This document shows positions 7,101 through 14,585 of a stretch of 33,015 nucleotides of DNA, in pieces; the first letter of the stretch is position 1, and every line of letters starts with the position of its first letter. The notes below the pieces were generated by a model. The model did no database searches and had not been told where the DNA came from. It worked only from the letters and a program-made list of their open reading frames with translations. Origin of the DNA: a virus (taxonomy: Duplodnaviria > Caudoviricetes); IMG/VR virus record IMGVR_UViG_3300049828_000097, positions 1-33,015 of that record, one strand, 5' to 3'. Position numbers and translations under genes: made by a program.

Positions 7101-9178
7101 AAGGCGGCGTTGTTGGGATCGATGTTAACCATCGAGACAACGAACTCATCGAGGGTATCTGCATGACGGAGGTTGTACCAGACCTGTCTCCAGAACAGCT
7201 TAGAGTCCGGTCCATCCTGCCCAGTTACCTTTTCATGCAGCCTGTCACCAGCAAACTCTTTGCGATTGAGCATCTCCTGATGCATGGGATTCTTCATTGT
7301 AACCGGCTGCCCAGTAGCATCGGAGAACGGTCCAAGTGCAGTATAGTCTTGCAGGCGAGTTTGCCGAGCAAGATGGTCATACCACAAGGCACCAAGATCC
7401 TTGAGGCTAATCATATCCTGTGTCTCTGACACCCGCATGAAGTTGAAGAACTGGCGGGTGATAGCATTCATCTCAGGATACTCGTAGTCCTTCGGAAGCA
7501 AGTCTTCTGCTTCCTTGCGAGTAAGGAATACGTCAGAGAGATCCTCTTTGAGATGGCGGGTGATCGTCTGCGGAGCGCCCATTTGCTCAGTAGGAATAGA
7601 CGACTGCCTATCCCGAATAGCATTGGGAAACTCTGCCAAGAACTCGTGGATGTTATCTAGACCGCGAAAGCGGGAGCCTTCGATTGTCTTCAGATCCGGG
7701 TTCATGTACTTCTCGCGCATCTTCTGGCGAGCAGTCTCAAGGAACTTGTCTTCGAAGTCCTTGATAACTTCCGGCTTGGTCTGCTCTAGACGAAACATCG
7801 TGTAAGCAGTACGGGCATGACCAATCTCATGCAGAAGAGCAGAGTAGAAGTTCGTCTTATCAGGCTTCGAAATATGGAGAGCAGGATTCGTGGGATCCTG
7901 TTCAAAGGTAGTCTTGTATGCCTCGTTAAGGATGACCCTTGAGCGCCCTTGCTTCGCACTCCAGCGAGTATCCGGTCCAAGCGGATGGTTGCTGTCAACG
8001 ACAAAGACATTGTGCCAGTTGAGCCCATCTACAATTCCACGATGGAGTAGGAAGTTAGCATAACCCCGCTGTTCGGCATCGGTAGAGGTACGTACAATAA
8101 GCTCCAATGCCTGCATTACGTTGCCGTTAACTCTATCGACATCTCCCTTGCTAGTATCTTGGAGAAAATCAGCGATAGTCTTGTACGTACCCTCGGGAGC
8201 AAAGAACCTATCAGCGGCAGCTTGCCAAGTCTCGCTCGGTTGGCGAGCGGATTGCCAATTGTTGACCCCGGTAAAGAAGTCAGCAGTGACTCCCTCGTTG
8301 ACGAAGAACGTCTCGCGTTCCTGCTGGGTCATCTTAGCCCACTGGTCGGTCAACCTCTGAGCCGGAAGATTGGCACGCCAATTGCGGTATCCGATAGTTC
8401 CTGCTACACCACCCACGACAGTCTCAGTGAGGCGAGTAGCGAAGTAGTCCTTGTTCAGATTGCCATTGGCATCGAACATCACATAGGGAGACTTGCCAGC
8501 ATCCGTCTCAGCAACCATGCTGGTCAGGAAGTCAGCACCAGCGCCAGTCACAGGCCCACCAGCAATGGCGAGGCCCGCCGTACCCGAGACAGTCTTGCCG
8601 AACGCAGGAAGGCGCATAGCTACCATCGTAGCTGCGCCTTGATATGCCGCCATCTGCATGGCATCCATCGTCTCTTCACCAGCATCCTTGGCCTGACCAT
8701 ACGTATTGATGGTGGAGGAGGCAGCACCAACCACGGCACCACCTATCGGGCCAAGAGCAAATAGCGGAAGAACACCAGCGATCTGGGCAGAAGTCCTGTC
8801 GATCAGATCCATGTTCTCCCGCTCTTGCGGGGTAATGACAGCCTCGGAAATGTTCTTCTGAACTTCCTTACCCTTCTCCTTGAAAGCAGTACCAGCCTCG
8901 GATACAGAAGTAAGGCCAGTAAGATCCCCCACGTTCTCCATGGTACCACCAGCAAGACGAGTACCAGCGGCAATAAGCCCGCCGCCAAGGTCAAGAGCGC
9001 CTTGGGCAACGGACTTAGCAATACCGGGAGACTCAACAGGAACAGAGTCTTTTGTCAGATCATCAAATAGTCCAGTTTCACTTGGGGGACTATTAACCAG
9101 ATCGTCAAAAAGACCAGTCTCACTCTTAGGCGGTTGGGCCTGCTGCTCGGGTGGCAGCAGATCGTCGAACATTCCCAT
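4196..9178 (-). CDS. large internal virion (ejection) protein with zincin-like metallopeptidase motif
   Basis: 1660 aa, last structural gene before lysis. N-terminal FDDL repeats, Gly/Ala-rich hydrophobic region, LLHEIGH with downstream HEFLAE, hydrophobic C-terminal region typical of podovirus core proteins. Confidence 0.7.
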   Translation of the reverse strand: MGMFDDLLPPEQQAQPPKSETGLFDDLVNSPPSETGLFDDLTKDSVPVESPGIAKSVAQGALDLGGGLIAAGTRLAGGTMENVGDLTGLTSVSEAGTAFKEKGKEVQKNISEAVITPQERENMDLIDRTSAQIAGVLPLFALGPIGGAVVGAASSTINTYGQAKDAGEETMDAMQMAAYQGAATMVAMRLPAFGKTVSGTAGLAIAGGPVTGAGADFLTSMVAETDAGKSPYVMFDANGNLNKDYFATRLTETVVGGVAGTIGYRNWRANLPAQRLTDQWAKMTQQERETFFVNEGVTADFFTGVNNWQSARQPSETWQAAADRFFAPEGTYKTIADFLQDTSKGDVDRVNGNVMQALELIVRTSTDAEQRGYANFLLHRGIVDGLNWHNVFVVDSNHPLGPDTRWSAKQGRSRVILNEAYKTTFEQDPTNPALHISKPDKTNFYSALLHEIGHARTAYTMFRLEQTKPEVIKDFEDKFLETARQKMREKYMNPDLKTIEGSRFRGLDNIHEFLAEFPNAIRDRQSSIPTEQMGAPQTITRHLKEDLSDVFLTRKEAEDLLPKDYEYPEMNAITRQFFNFMRVSETQDMISLKDLGALWYDHLARQTRLQDYTALGPFSDATGQPVTMKNPMHQEMLNRKEFAGDRLHEKVTGQDGPDSKLFWRQVWYNLRHADTLDEFVVSMVNIDPNNAALAKWTREKSRALWERKDWYAETLRDSLATIKDLPGDKKKLGYDDRTVDEFFKDEADTAVRDFKLNGFARMFLNPLTIRLLAAQDGGLGGRLVKYGLDQMARYAHEGDKIYHQLKTQDAKEYYKLPKKDQARVMDIAAHYDSLAGRRELMLHKINWPDENMLRAQGLTPEQIAGYQGLARATDNAFNVLNMLSMKLTGKTIPRIPGYMPHYHLGPYKVHVVEQVGTNVDGTPVKRVVLVRGFKTRMYANKFATEMMNQGLEIAPDPRTGGNVRVFRWDDVGNGLLQNFKDHLDAHLNLMDADKNGIALKTQQAEDMAYAHWDKHMQTRDDVRGFEGEFGGTGGVNPYDGTWTRMKAKLFGESNALHIYDKYFKDVAESYRNVMFMENVYAPLMGLQTKLVDTQTRHGKKVLPLDNTYKILEQHGKNFLGKNLNHLEWVDNSLRSVMVTAGLDPNLARHFVRATRNALATIKLRVNPANWMANYLQKVHTVAMIQYMETVSGGDSSGALKSFIKMNSKDSDKLDKVYYDALEKARVNHIVDPLLDMEIRGENRGLFSDVPILGAIQKGWDRTGEVNAMVERHGREKSFLTAFDFYLNKGMNEHQAYEAARLVMGMTMVNYDRASRPLMYQNLGMTGEAMAPFAVFRNAFLGNMYLMVKTLANHPNKLEAAKPLMTTMATFMALAGASGIPLAGEYDMLINAINYMFPGELDLPTLEVGMLKANAPDIMIYGAPSQIFKLFGFGNGINFSPSMGAVNIDDAGSFAILPFWKAISQVVGLTAQAGLAQIPGSGIYPPSVTDFYEPTRKLTPNVLHPVVEGFMTDWDMSRGLKSTSVEGLTKRTPEDIISLVLSGKHSISERKERAVEREIDRVTAKNKKRMTHLVKLHADLIEGLPSSLNQEDLMKRVRQLLQETGTDPSSYEKRVAAEIARRRLDKHTKRALSKSTSAQVQHKMRQELLFPAGVPAPEEQE
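9056..9124 (-). repeat. two 27-nt imperfect direct repeats encoding SETGLFDDL
   Basis: 9056-9082 and 9098-9124 (42-nt period); a third partial copy (MGMFDDL) lies at 9158-9178. Confidence 0.85.
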
Positions 9179-10578
9179 TAAATCTCCGGAAAGCCATTAG
9201 CACGAAGACGTTGATTAATCACTTCCTTAGAAACACCACGAGAAAGCGCCACTTGAGCATCTTTGTGAGCAGCAGCGACTTGCTCCGGAGTCTTTTGGGG
9301 TTTTGGTTTCTCTGCTGGTCCTTGCGGGGCCGCATCACCTAGGCCAGAAGCCGCCCAGCGAGGCGGAACAGTGGGTTGACCAGAGGGAGAAGGCGGCGCT
9401 ACTGTAGCTTGGGTAGGTGCAGAAGGTTCCGCACTACCTTTGCCACCATCAGCAACTAAAGCAGCAGCAGCGGGAGAGACGGGAAGACCCGGTGCGGACT
9501 TTTCTACCCGAGCAGCAAACTCCTTGTAACCGGGGCGCTTTGCTGCTTCGGCATCAGTCACAACAATTGTGCGTTCAGCAATAGCCCTTTCAACTTTCTT
9601 AATCTGCGCATCAATTGCTGCACGTTGCTTGTCGTTTTTAATAGTGAGAGGATCTACTCTGGACTTATACAGATCGGCCAACTCTTGACCAAGACCATTC
9701 AAAGTTTTGTCTTCTTTAACAGCAGCCCGAAGATCGTCGTTGATTCCGGGGAATGCTTTGGAAGCATACACGCCGAAGTCTCCAGCCCTAGGCATGGGTG
9801 CCTTAGTCGGATCCTTAAGCCACTCATCCACACGCGAGAACGCCTCGCCTTGCTGGCGAGCAAGGGTAGCGGCAGGAGCATCAGTCTTATCCCACCGAGC
9901 CTTTTCTGCAGCGAGTCGGGCATTGGCAATATCCCGTTGAGTCTGATTCGATGCAGCATTCCGGCGATCATCACCAGCTTCTTGAACTTGGGTACGAGCC
10001 ATCGCAGCAGCATTATTCCGATCCACTTCCTCAAGCTTGCGTCCATGTTGGATCACACTAGGAGCCATGGCTCCCTTCTGCTGGAGAGCACGGAAGCTTT
10101 CGAAGGAATACTCCTGCGGGAAGTTCTTGATGCCCCGGCGAGTAGCTTCCTCAACAGCGGTAGGCCACTTGTTCTTAATAGCCTCCTCATCGTCCGTAGG
10201 TTGGAACAGAGTGGAGACAGCATAGGCGTCTTCTGCAGCGCGGATAACCCGCTCACGTTCTGCCTTCTCCATCTTCTCCAGAAGCTCCTGAGCCTTGGTT
10301 TCACGCTCAATGCGGAGAGCTTCTGCCCTGTTGCCAGACTTGATATCGTTCTCTTCAAACTCCTGTCGAGCAATCTCCGCAGCACGCTTCGCTGCATCCA
10401 TGGGCTTGTTGAGCTCGTTAGTTTCGATCTGCTGGCGGTTAAGAGTCTGGGAAAGCCGCTCCGATTCCAAGGCGCTGTCGGAGTGCATCAGAGAACGGGT
10501 ATCAGACATACCTCCACGGAAGCCTCCCATCGGAGACTTATCGAGGATGCTGATAGGAGTCATCGAGAAGTTAGACAT
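9178..10578 (-). CDS. putative internal virion / DNA ejection protein
   Basis: 466 aa, Ala/Glu/Arg-rich helical, Pro-rich linker, short C-terminal helical motif; TAATG-coupled to the 1660-aa gene. Confidence 0.6.
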   Translation of the reverse strand: MSNFSMTPISILDKSPMGGFRGGMSDTRSLMHSDSALESERLSQTLNRQQIETNELNKPMDAAKRAAEIARQEFEENDIKSGNRAEALRIERETKAQELLEKMEKAERERVIRAAEDAYAVSTLFQPTDDEEAIKNKWPTAVEEATRRGIKNFPQEYSFESFRALQQKGAMAPSVIQHGRKLEEVDRNNAAAMARTQVQEAGDDRRNAASNQTQRDIANARLAAEKARWDKTDAPAATLARQQGEAFSRVDEWLKDPTKAPMPRAGDFGVYASKAFPGINDDLRAAVKEDKTLNGLGQELADLYKSRVDPLTIKNDKQRAAIDAQIKKVERAIAERTIVVTDAEAAKRPGYKEFAARVEKSAPGLPVSPAAAALVADGGKGSAEPSAPTQATVAPPSPSGQPTVPPRWAASGLGDAAPQGPAEKPKPQKTPEQVAAAHKDAQVALSRGVSKEVINQRLRANGFPEI

Positions 10579-10586
10579 GGTTTACC

Positions 10587-11819
10587 TTAGAAGTCAAAGA
10601 AGCTGCTGATATCTTCCAGACCCATATCGCCACCAAAACCAGTAGTCCAGAAGTCATCACCGAAAACTTGTGACCAGTCCCAGCTACCATCGCCAAGACC
10701 AAAATCACCAAAGCCCTCAAACGGGTTTCCAAACCCGCCTTCGCCAAGCGGAGCAAACGGACCACCAAACTGCCCGAAGCCTGTGTTTAGTCCCGGCCCA
10801 AAGACACTCGGGTTGTAGGTACCATTGGCGAATCCGGGAACGTTTTGGGTTACATAGTCTTCATACCCATTTCCGAAAACTGACCGGAGTTGGTCCGGAT
10901 TCAAGCCGCTGAAGAGGCCAGAGATACCGTTCGGGATCTGCCCAAGAGTCTGGAAGAGTTCCGGAGGAAGTGAGCTAAGAGGAAGCGAAGAGATAGCCCG
11001 CAACAGGCTTTGCGGATTGAAGTTGCTGCTTCCGTTGGGACCACCACCTCCAATAGCTCGGGCAATCTGCGAGAGAACGCTACCGATGCCTCCAGAAGTT
11101 CCACCCGGAGCGCCCCCACCGGGACCACCACCGCCCGGCCCGCCTTGTCCACTGAGCATACCAAGAGGATAGAGCCGGGCAGCAAGAGCCTGTGCCCGAG
11201 CATCGCCAGCAAGCCTGCCACCCTCAATGAGCATCTGTCCAGAACTGGCAGGATTGAAATCACCACCAGCCCATCGACCGAAGCGGTCCATCATCTGCCC
11301 AGTGTACTTGGCGTTAACATCGCCTAGAGCTTGGAGCCAATCATTGGCAGCAGAACCACCACCAGCAAGGCCACCAGCCGCCATCTGCGGACCAAGAGAC
11401 TTCATCACTTCGTCTCGCATACCCTGATAGATGGGGCTCTTGGTAGGATCCTTCATGATATCCTGAAGCTGGCCGTAGGCCCATTCCCGCCCGCCTTGGC
11501 GGCCAAAGGGATCCGCTCGATCTGCGGCCTCGCGTCCAAGAGACTCATACCTACCAGCCTGCTCGTTCATTTCGTCAGCCGCACGACCCGAGGCATACTG
11601 GGCCATACCAAACCGAGTCAGGGGATTGGAGCCGATGGTATTGAAGATATTCCCCGCCCCATTGAAGATGGAAGAGATAATGTCTGCCCAGTTGCCACTT
11701 CCATTAGTAGTAGCTCCCTCAGAAATATCGTTCCCTTGGGGATCGAAGACTTGCATCAGATTCGGGACACTCTGGACACCAATTTTATTTGGTGCGACCG
11801 CTGCACGAGTAGGGATCAT
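10587..11819 (-). CDS. putative DNA injection / pilot protein, Gly-rich
   Basis: 410 aa; ADPFG, AAGGLAGGGSA segments resemble P22 gp7/gp20-type ejection proteins; position after the tail genes. Confidence 0.55.
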   Translation of the reverse strand: MIPTRAAVAPNKIGVQSVPNLMQVFDPQGNDISEGATTNGSGNWADIISSIFNGAGNIFNTIGSNPLTRFGMAQYASGRAADEMNEQAGRYESLGREAADRADPFGRQGGREWAYGQLQDIMKDPTKSPIYQGMRDEVMKSLGPQMAAGGLAGGGSAANDWLQALGDVNAKYTGQMMDRFGRWAGGDFNPASSGQMLIEGGRLAGDARAQALAARLYPLGMLSGQGGPGGGGPGGGAPGGTSGGIGSVLSQIARAIGGGGPNGSSNFNPQSLLRAISSLPLSSLPPELFQTLGQIPNGISGLFSGLNPDQLRSVFGNGYEDYVTQNVPGFANGTYNPSVFGPGLNTGFGQFGGPFAPLGEGGFGNPFEGFGDFGLGDGSWDWSQVFGDDFWTTGFGGDMGLEDISSFFDF

Positions 11820-12754
11820 CCTCTACCTCCACCATTGTTACGAAGCATATTTGAAAAGAATCCAGAACCCATACGGGCCATGTTCAAGGGAACTCCACTA
11901 AGACCTGTCATCGGAAGACCGGCGCTTACTAGCGCCTGAAGCATACGACTGAAATCTCCCTGCATTGCTCCACCAACTCCTTGTCCAAGACCCATGATAG
12001 TGCTGGGATTAAAACCACCACCAATCAGTCCTGCTCCACCAAGGGCACCACCCAAACCCATCGTTGCCAAGGACAGAAGCAACGGGGTGCTAGTAATCAT
12101 ACGACTTAGATTATCCATAAAACCGTCGTCAGGCTTGAGGTTTTGTCGTGGAGTAATACGACCATACAAGGGATCATCGTACTGAAGCTCAGGACGATAC
12201 AAACCGTTGCGGCTAAACTCTCCCTGTACGGAAGTGCCGTAGTTACCAAAAGCATCGCGAGGAATTGCCTCATGATTCCACATGAGGTTCATGGAAGGAC
12301 GGCCGTCTTGGTAGTCTTCTCGATACGGATCGTTCTCCAACCGGAAGTTCAGGTTGGGCATCATCCGATTCAGTTCACCAAGGCGACCTTCCGGATTGAT
12401 TTCCCACTGACCTGAATCAGGATTCTTGCGGTAGAGACTTACACCATTATACCGATTAAAGTTATCAAACGCAATCTCATCGAAGCCGCCGTCACCCGTT
12501 CTCCAAGTCTTGAAAGGATCGCTCTGAAGATACATACCAAGATCTGCAAGCGGGTTCTTCCAATTGGACGAGGAGCCAAAATCTTGTCGAGCCCCACCTC
12601 CAGATACATCTTGAATCTGGGTTTGATAATGCCTAGGATCCCTGCTAGGTCCAGTAGGTGGAGTAGTAGGCGTAGGCGTGTTCGTTCGCGCCTGCGGCTG
12701 CGTCATATTCTGAAAGAGGCCACGCCTGTTCAGATCACCCCAAGTCCCGGCCAT
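11816..12754 (-). CDS. hypothetical virion protein with Gly-rich hydrophobic C-terminus (possible ejection protein)
   Basis: 312 aa; coupled to both neighbours; C-terminal LLLSLATMGLGGALGGAGLIGGG. Confidence 0.55.
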   Translation of the reverse strand: MAGTWGDLNRRGLFQNMTQPQARTNTPTPTTPPTGPSRDPRHYQTQIQDVSGGGARQDFGSSSNWKNPLADLGMYLQSDPFKTWRTGDGGFDEIAFDNFNRYNGVSLYRKNPDSGQWEINPEGRLGELNRMMPNLNFRLENDPYREDYQDGRPSMNLMWNHEAIPRDAFGNYGTSVQGEFSRNGLYRPELQYDDPLYGRITPRQNLKPDDGFMDNLSRMITSTPLLLSLATMGLGGALGGAGLIGGGFNPSTIMGLGQGVGGAMQGDFSRMLQALVSAGLPMTGLSGVPLNMARMGSGFFSNMLRNNGGGRG

Positions 12755-13113
12755 TATATAATGATCCTTTTCTTCTTTATGTTTTCCATATCTTCCATCC
12801 TCTTGCGGAGCACCTCACGCACTGTCTCAGGAAGGTCAAACTCTCCCAGTTGGGCCGGAGAGTTGAGATGCAAATTCCGGAGATTCTCATTGGGACTAAA
12901 GTATTTCGGATCCCTATCGTAGCGGCCAATAGGATCGGGCTTCAGGCCATTCATGAAGTTATCCACCTCACTCCATTCCGAGAGACCATTAATAGCCTTG
13001 GTCCTAGCCGGATCTGGGTAGTTCCGATCATACTTCTTCAGATCTTCCGGATGGCTATAGAGCCTATCATTAAGCTTGCTCTCAACCAGCCTCAGAATGT
13101 CTCGGAGATCCAT
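12754..13113 (-). CDS. hypothetical protein
   Basis: 119 aa, RBS GAGGT, TAATG overlap with the next gene. Confidence 0.65.
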   Translation of the reverse strand: MDLRDILRLVESKLNDRLYSHPEDLKKYDRNYPDPARTKAINGLSEWSEVDNFMNGLKPDPIGRYDRDPKYFSPNENLRNLHLNSPAQLGEFDLPETVREVLRKRMEDMENIKKKRIII

Positions 13114-13115
13114 TG

Positions 13116-14009
13116 TTACCTCACTTGACCAGCCTGATTACGGTACTGCCACGTCCCACGAGCCCCGGTAGGATTGGTCGGAGTGGGGATAGCCGGGGCT
13201 ACCGGAGTAGACGGAGTGGTGTTGGTCGGAGCAGGCACGTTGACCGCAGGGGGCGGTGACGAGGGACCAGCGGCTACAGTTCCAGTAGCAAACGGAGTAG
13301 GATTGTTTACCGTGGTTCCCGGCCCCGATCTAGCAGGAAGCTTCGGGACAGGACCAGACGGGCGGGGGGGTTGAATCAACCCTGACCCAACCGCTTGCTC
13401 ATAGACCGAAGGGTAGGTAACACCGTTAGGACCAAACTGAGCACCGTGCAGATAGGTGTTCCACGACTCTGCGCCATCTTCCTCATGGCCGGGAAGAGAC
13501 TGCAGACCTGTCTTGAGAGTATTCTGATAGTTGGCCCAATTCCATGCAGGAGAAGCTTGCCACCCACCAGCCACATCCCACCCGGTCTTGTCTTTGATGT
13601 ACTGGGCATTGTAGCCCGCACCGGGGGTCCACTTCCCATTAGCAAGATCAAAATAGCCTTCGTAGGCTTCCCAGCCACCATGGTGCGCCTGATTCCGCCA
13701 GTTGTTATAGGCGTTCATGTCCCCACCGAACTTCTTGTGGATCGTAGCTGCCTGTAGGTCATTCATCCCCCGACCAGTACCAACCACGGCTGACCAGAAG
13801 GCGCGGGCAGCAAGCGGGTTCTCCTTCTCAATCTTAGCGAAGATATCATAGAGCTCATGACCGCCACGAGACTTCCACCACTCTTCTTGTTTAGCCCGTT
13901 CCATCCACGGAGCCGGGGCAGCAGGGGCGGGAGTAGGAGCGGCGGGCGGCGGTGCTTCCGGTGCAGGAGTCGGCGTTAGCGCCGTGGTACGGGCAATATT
14001 AACAGGCAT
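13116..14009 (-). CDS. hypothetical protein with Pro/Thr-rich termini and Trp/Tyr/Gly-rich core
   Basis: 297 aa, RBS AAGGA, fills the operon without gaps. Confidence 0.7.
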   Translation of the reverse strand: MPVNIARTTALTPTPAPEAPPPAAPTPAPAAPAPWMERAKQEEWWKSRGGHELYDIFAKIEKENPLAARAFWSAVVGTGRGMNDLQAATIHKKFGGDMNAYNNWRNQAHHGGWEAYEGYFDLANGKWTPGAGYNAQYIKDKTGWDVAGGWQASPAWNWANYQNTLKTGLQSLPGHEEDGAESWNTYLHGAQFGPNGVTYPSVYEQAVGSGLIQPPRPSGPVPKLPARSGPGTTVNNPTPFATGTVAAGPSSPPPAVNVPAPTNTTPSTPVAPAIPTPTNPTGARGTWQYRNQAGQVR

Positions 14010-14018
14010 AGTTATTCC

Positions 14019-14585
14019 TTAGTAAGTGATTTTAAATCCCTGCATTTTGCTGTGGTAGAAACCGCCGAAAATGGCTATTTCTGCGTTGTTGGCTGTTAGC
14101 CCATTAAAGTACCCACCGTAGATATAGTCGTCCTTCCCGTTCAAATAACCCAGCCAATGAGAGTGCATTGATATCATCTCATATTGGGAGTTATTTGCAA
14201 CGTTAGAATACCAGAAAGACTGGTCTACGTTAAGTACGCCTGCACCATTTCTATTCAGCAATAGCCCAACATAAAACGGATTTCCAGAAGCGTGATCCAC
14301 ATAGATCTGGATATTCAGCTTCAAAGATATGTAGTAATATCCCGGAACCTTTGGATTGAATACTCCTCTAGAGGCATCCCAACCGCCAAGCTCATTGTGT
14401 GTGATGCCAGCAAAGTTAACTTGGTTCCACGCGGCTCCACCGAAGTTGTAGCCAAAGGTGTTGTAAGACTCTGCTACATATACGTGGAACGTCGGACACT
14501 TTACACCGTTGTAAGCGTCTTGCAGAAACCGCTGCATAGCGGGAGAATCAAGATTAGCTCCACGCGGAGGTTGTTGGATATCCAT
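14019..14585 (-). CDS. tail needle/tip-position protein with C1q-like (TNF-like jelly-roll) domain
   Basis: Short N-terminal anchor, then a C1q-like pattern FHVY...VNF...NELGGWDASRGVFNPKVPGYYYIS...LLLNRNG...YLNGKDDYI...MQGFKI; follows the tail hub gene. Confidence 0.65.
   Translation of the reverse strand: MDIQQPPRGANLDSPAMQRFLQDAYNGVKCPTFHVYVAESYNTFGYNFGGAAWNQVNFAGITHNELGGWDASRGVFNPKVPGYYYISLKLNIQIYVDHASGNPFYVGLLLNRNGAGVLNVDQSFWYSNVANNSQYEMISMHSHWLGYLNGKDDYIYGGYFNGLTANNAEIAIFGGFYHSKMQGFKITY

Noticed and set aside
5804-7429. 541-aa + strand ORF antisense to the 1660-aa gene
   Set aside because: Codon-aligned shadow of a biased gene; Val/Leu/His-rich nonsense composition, no RBS, no motifs.
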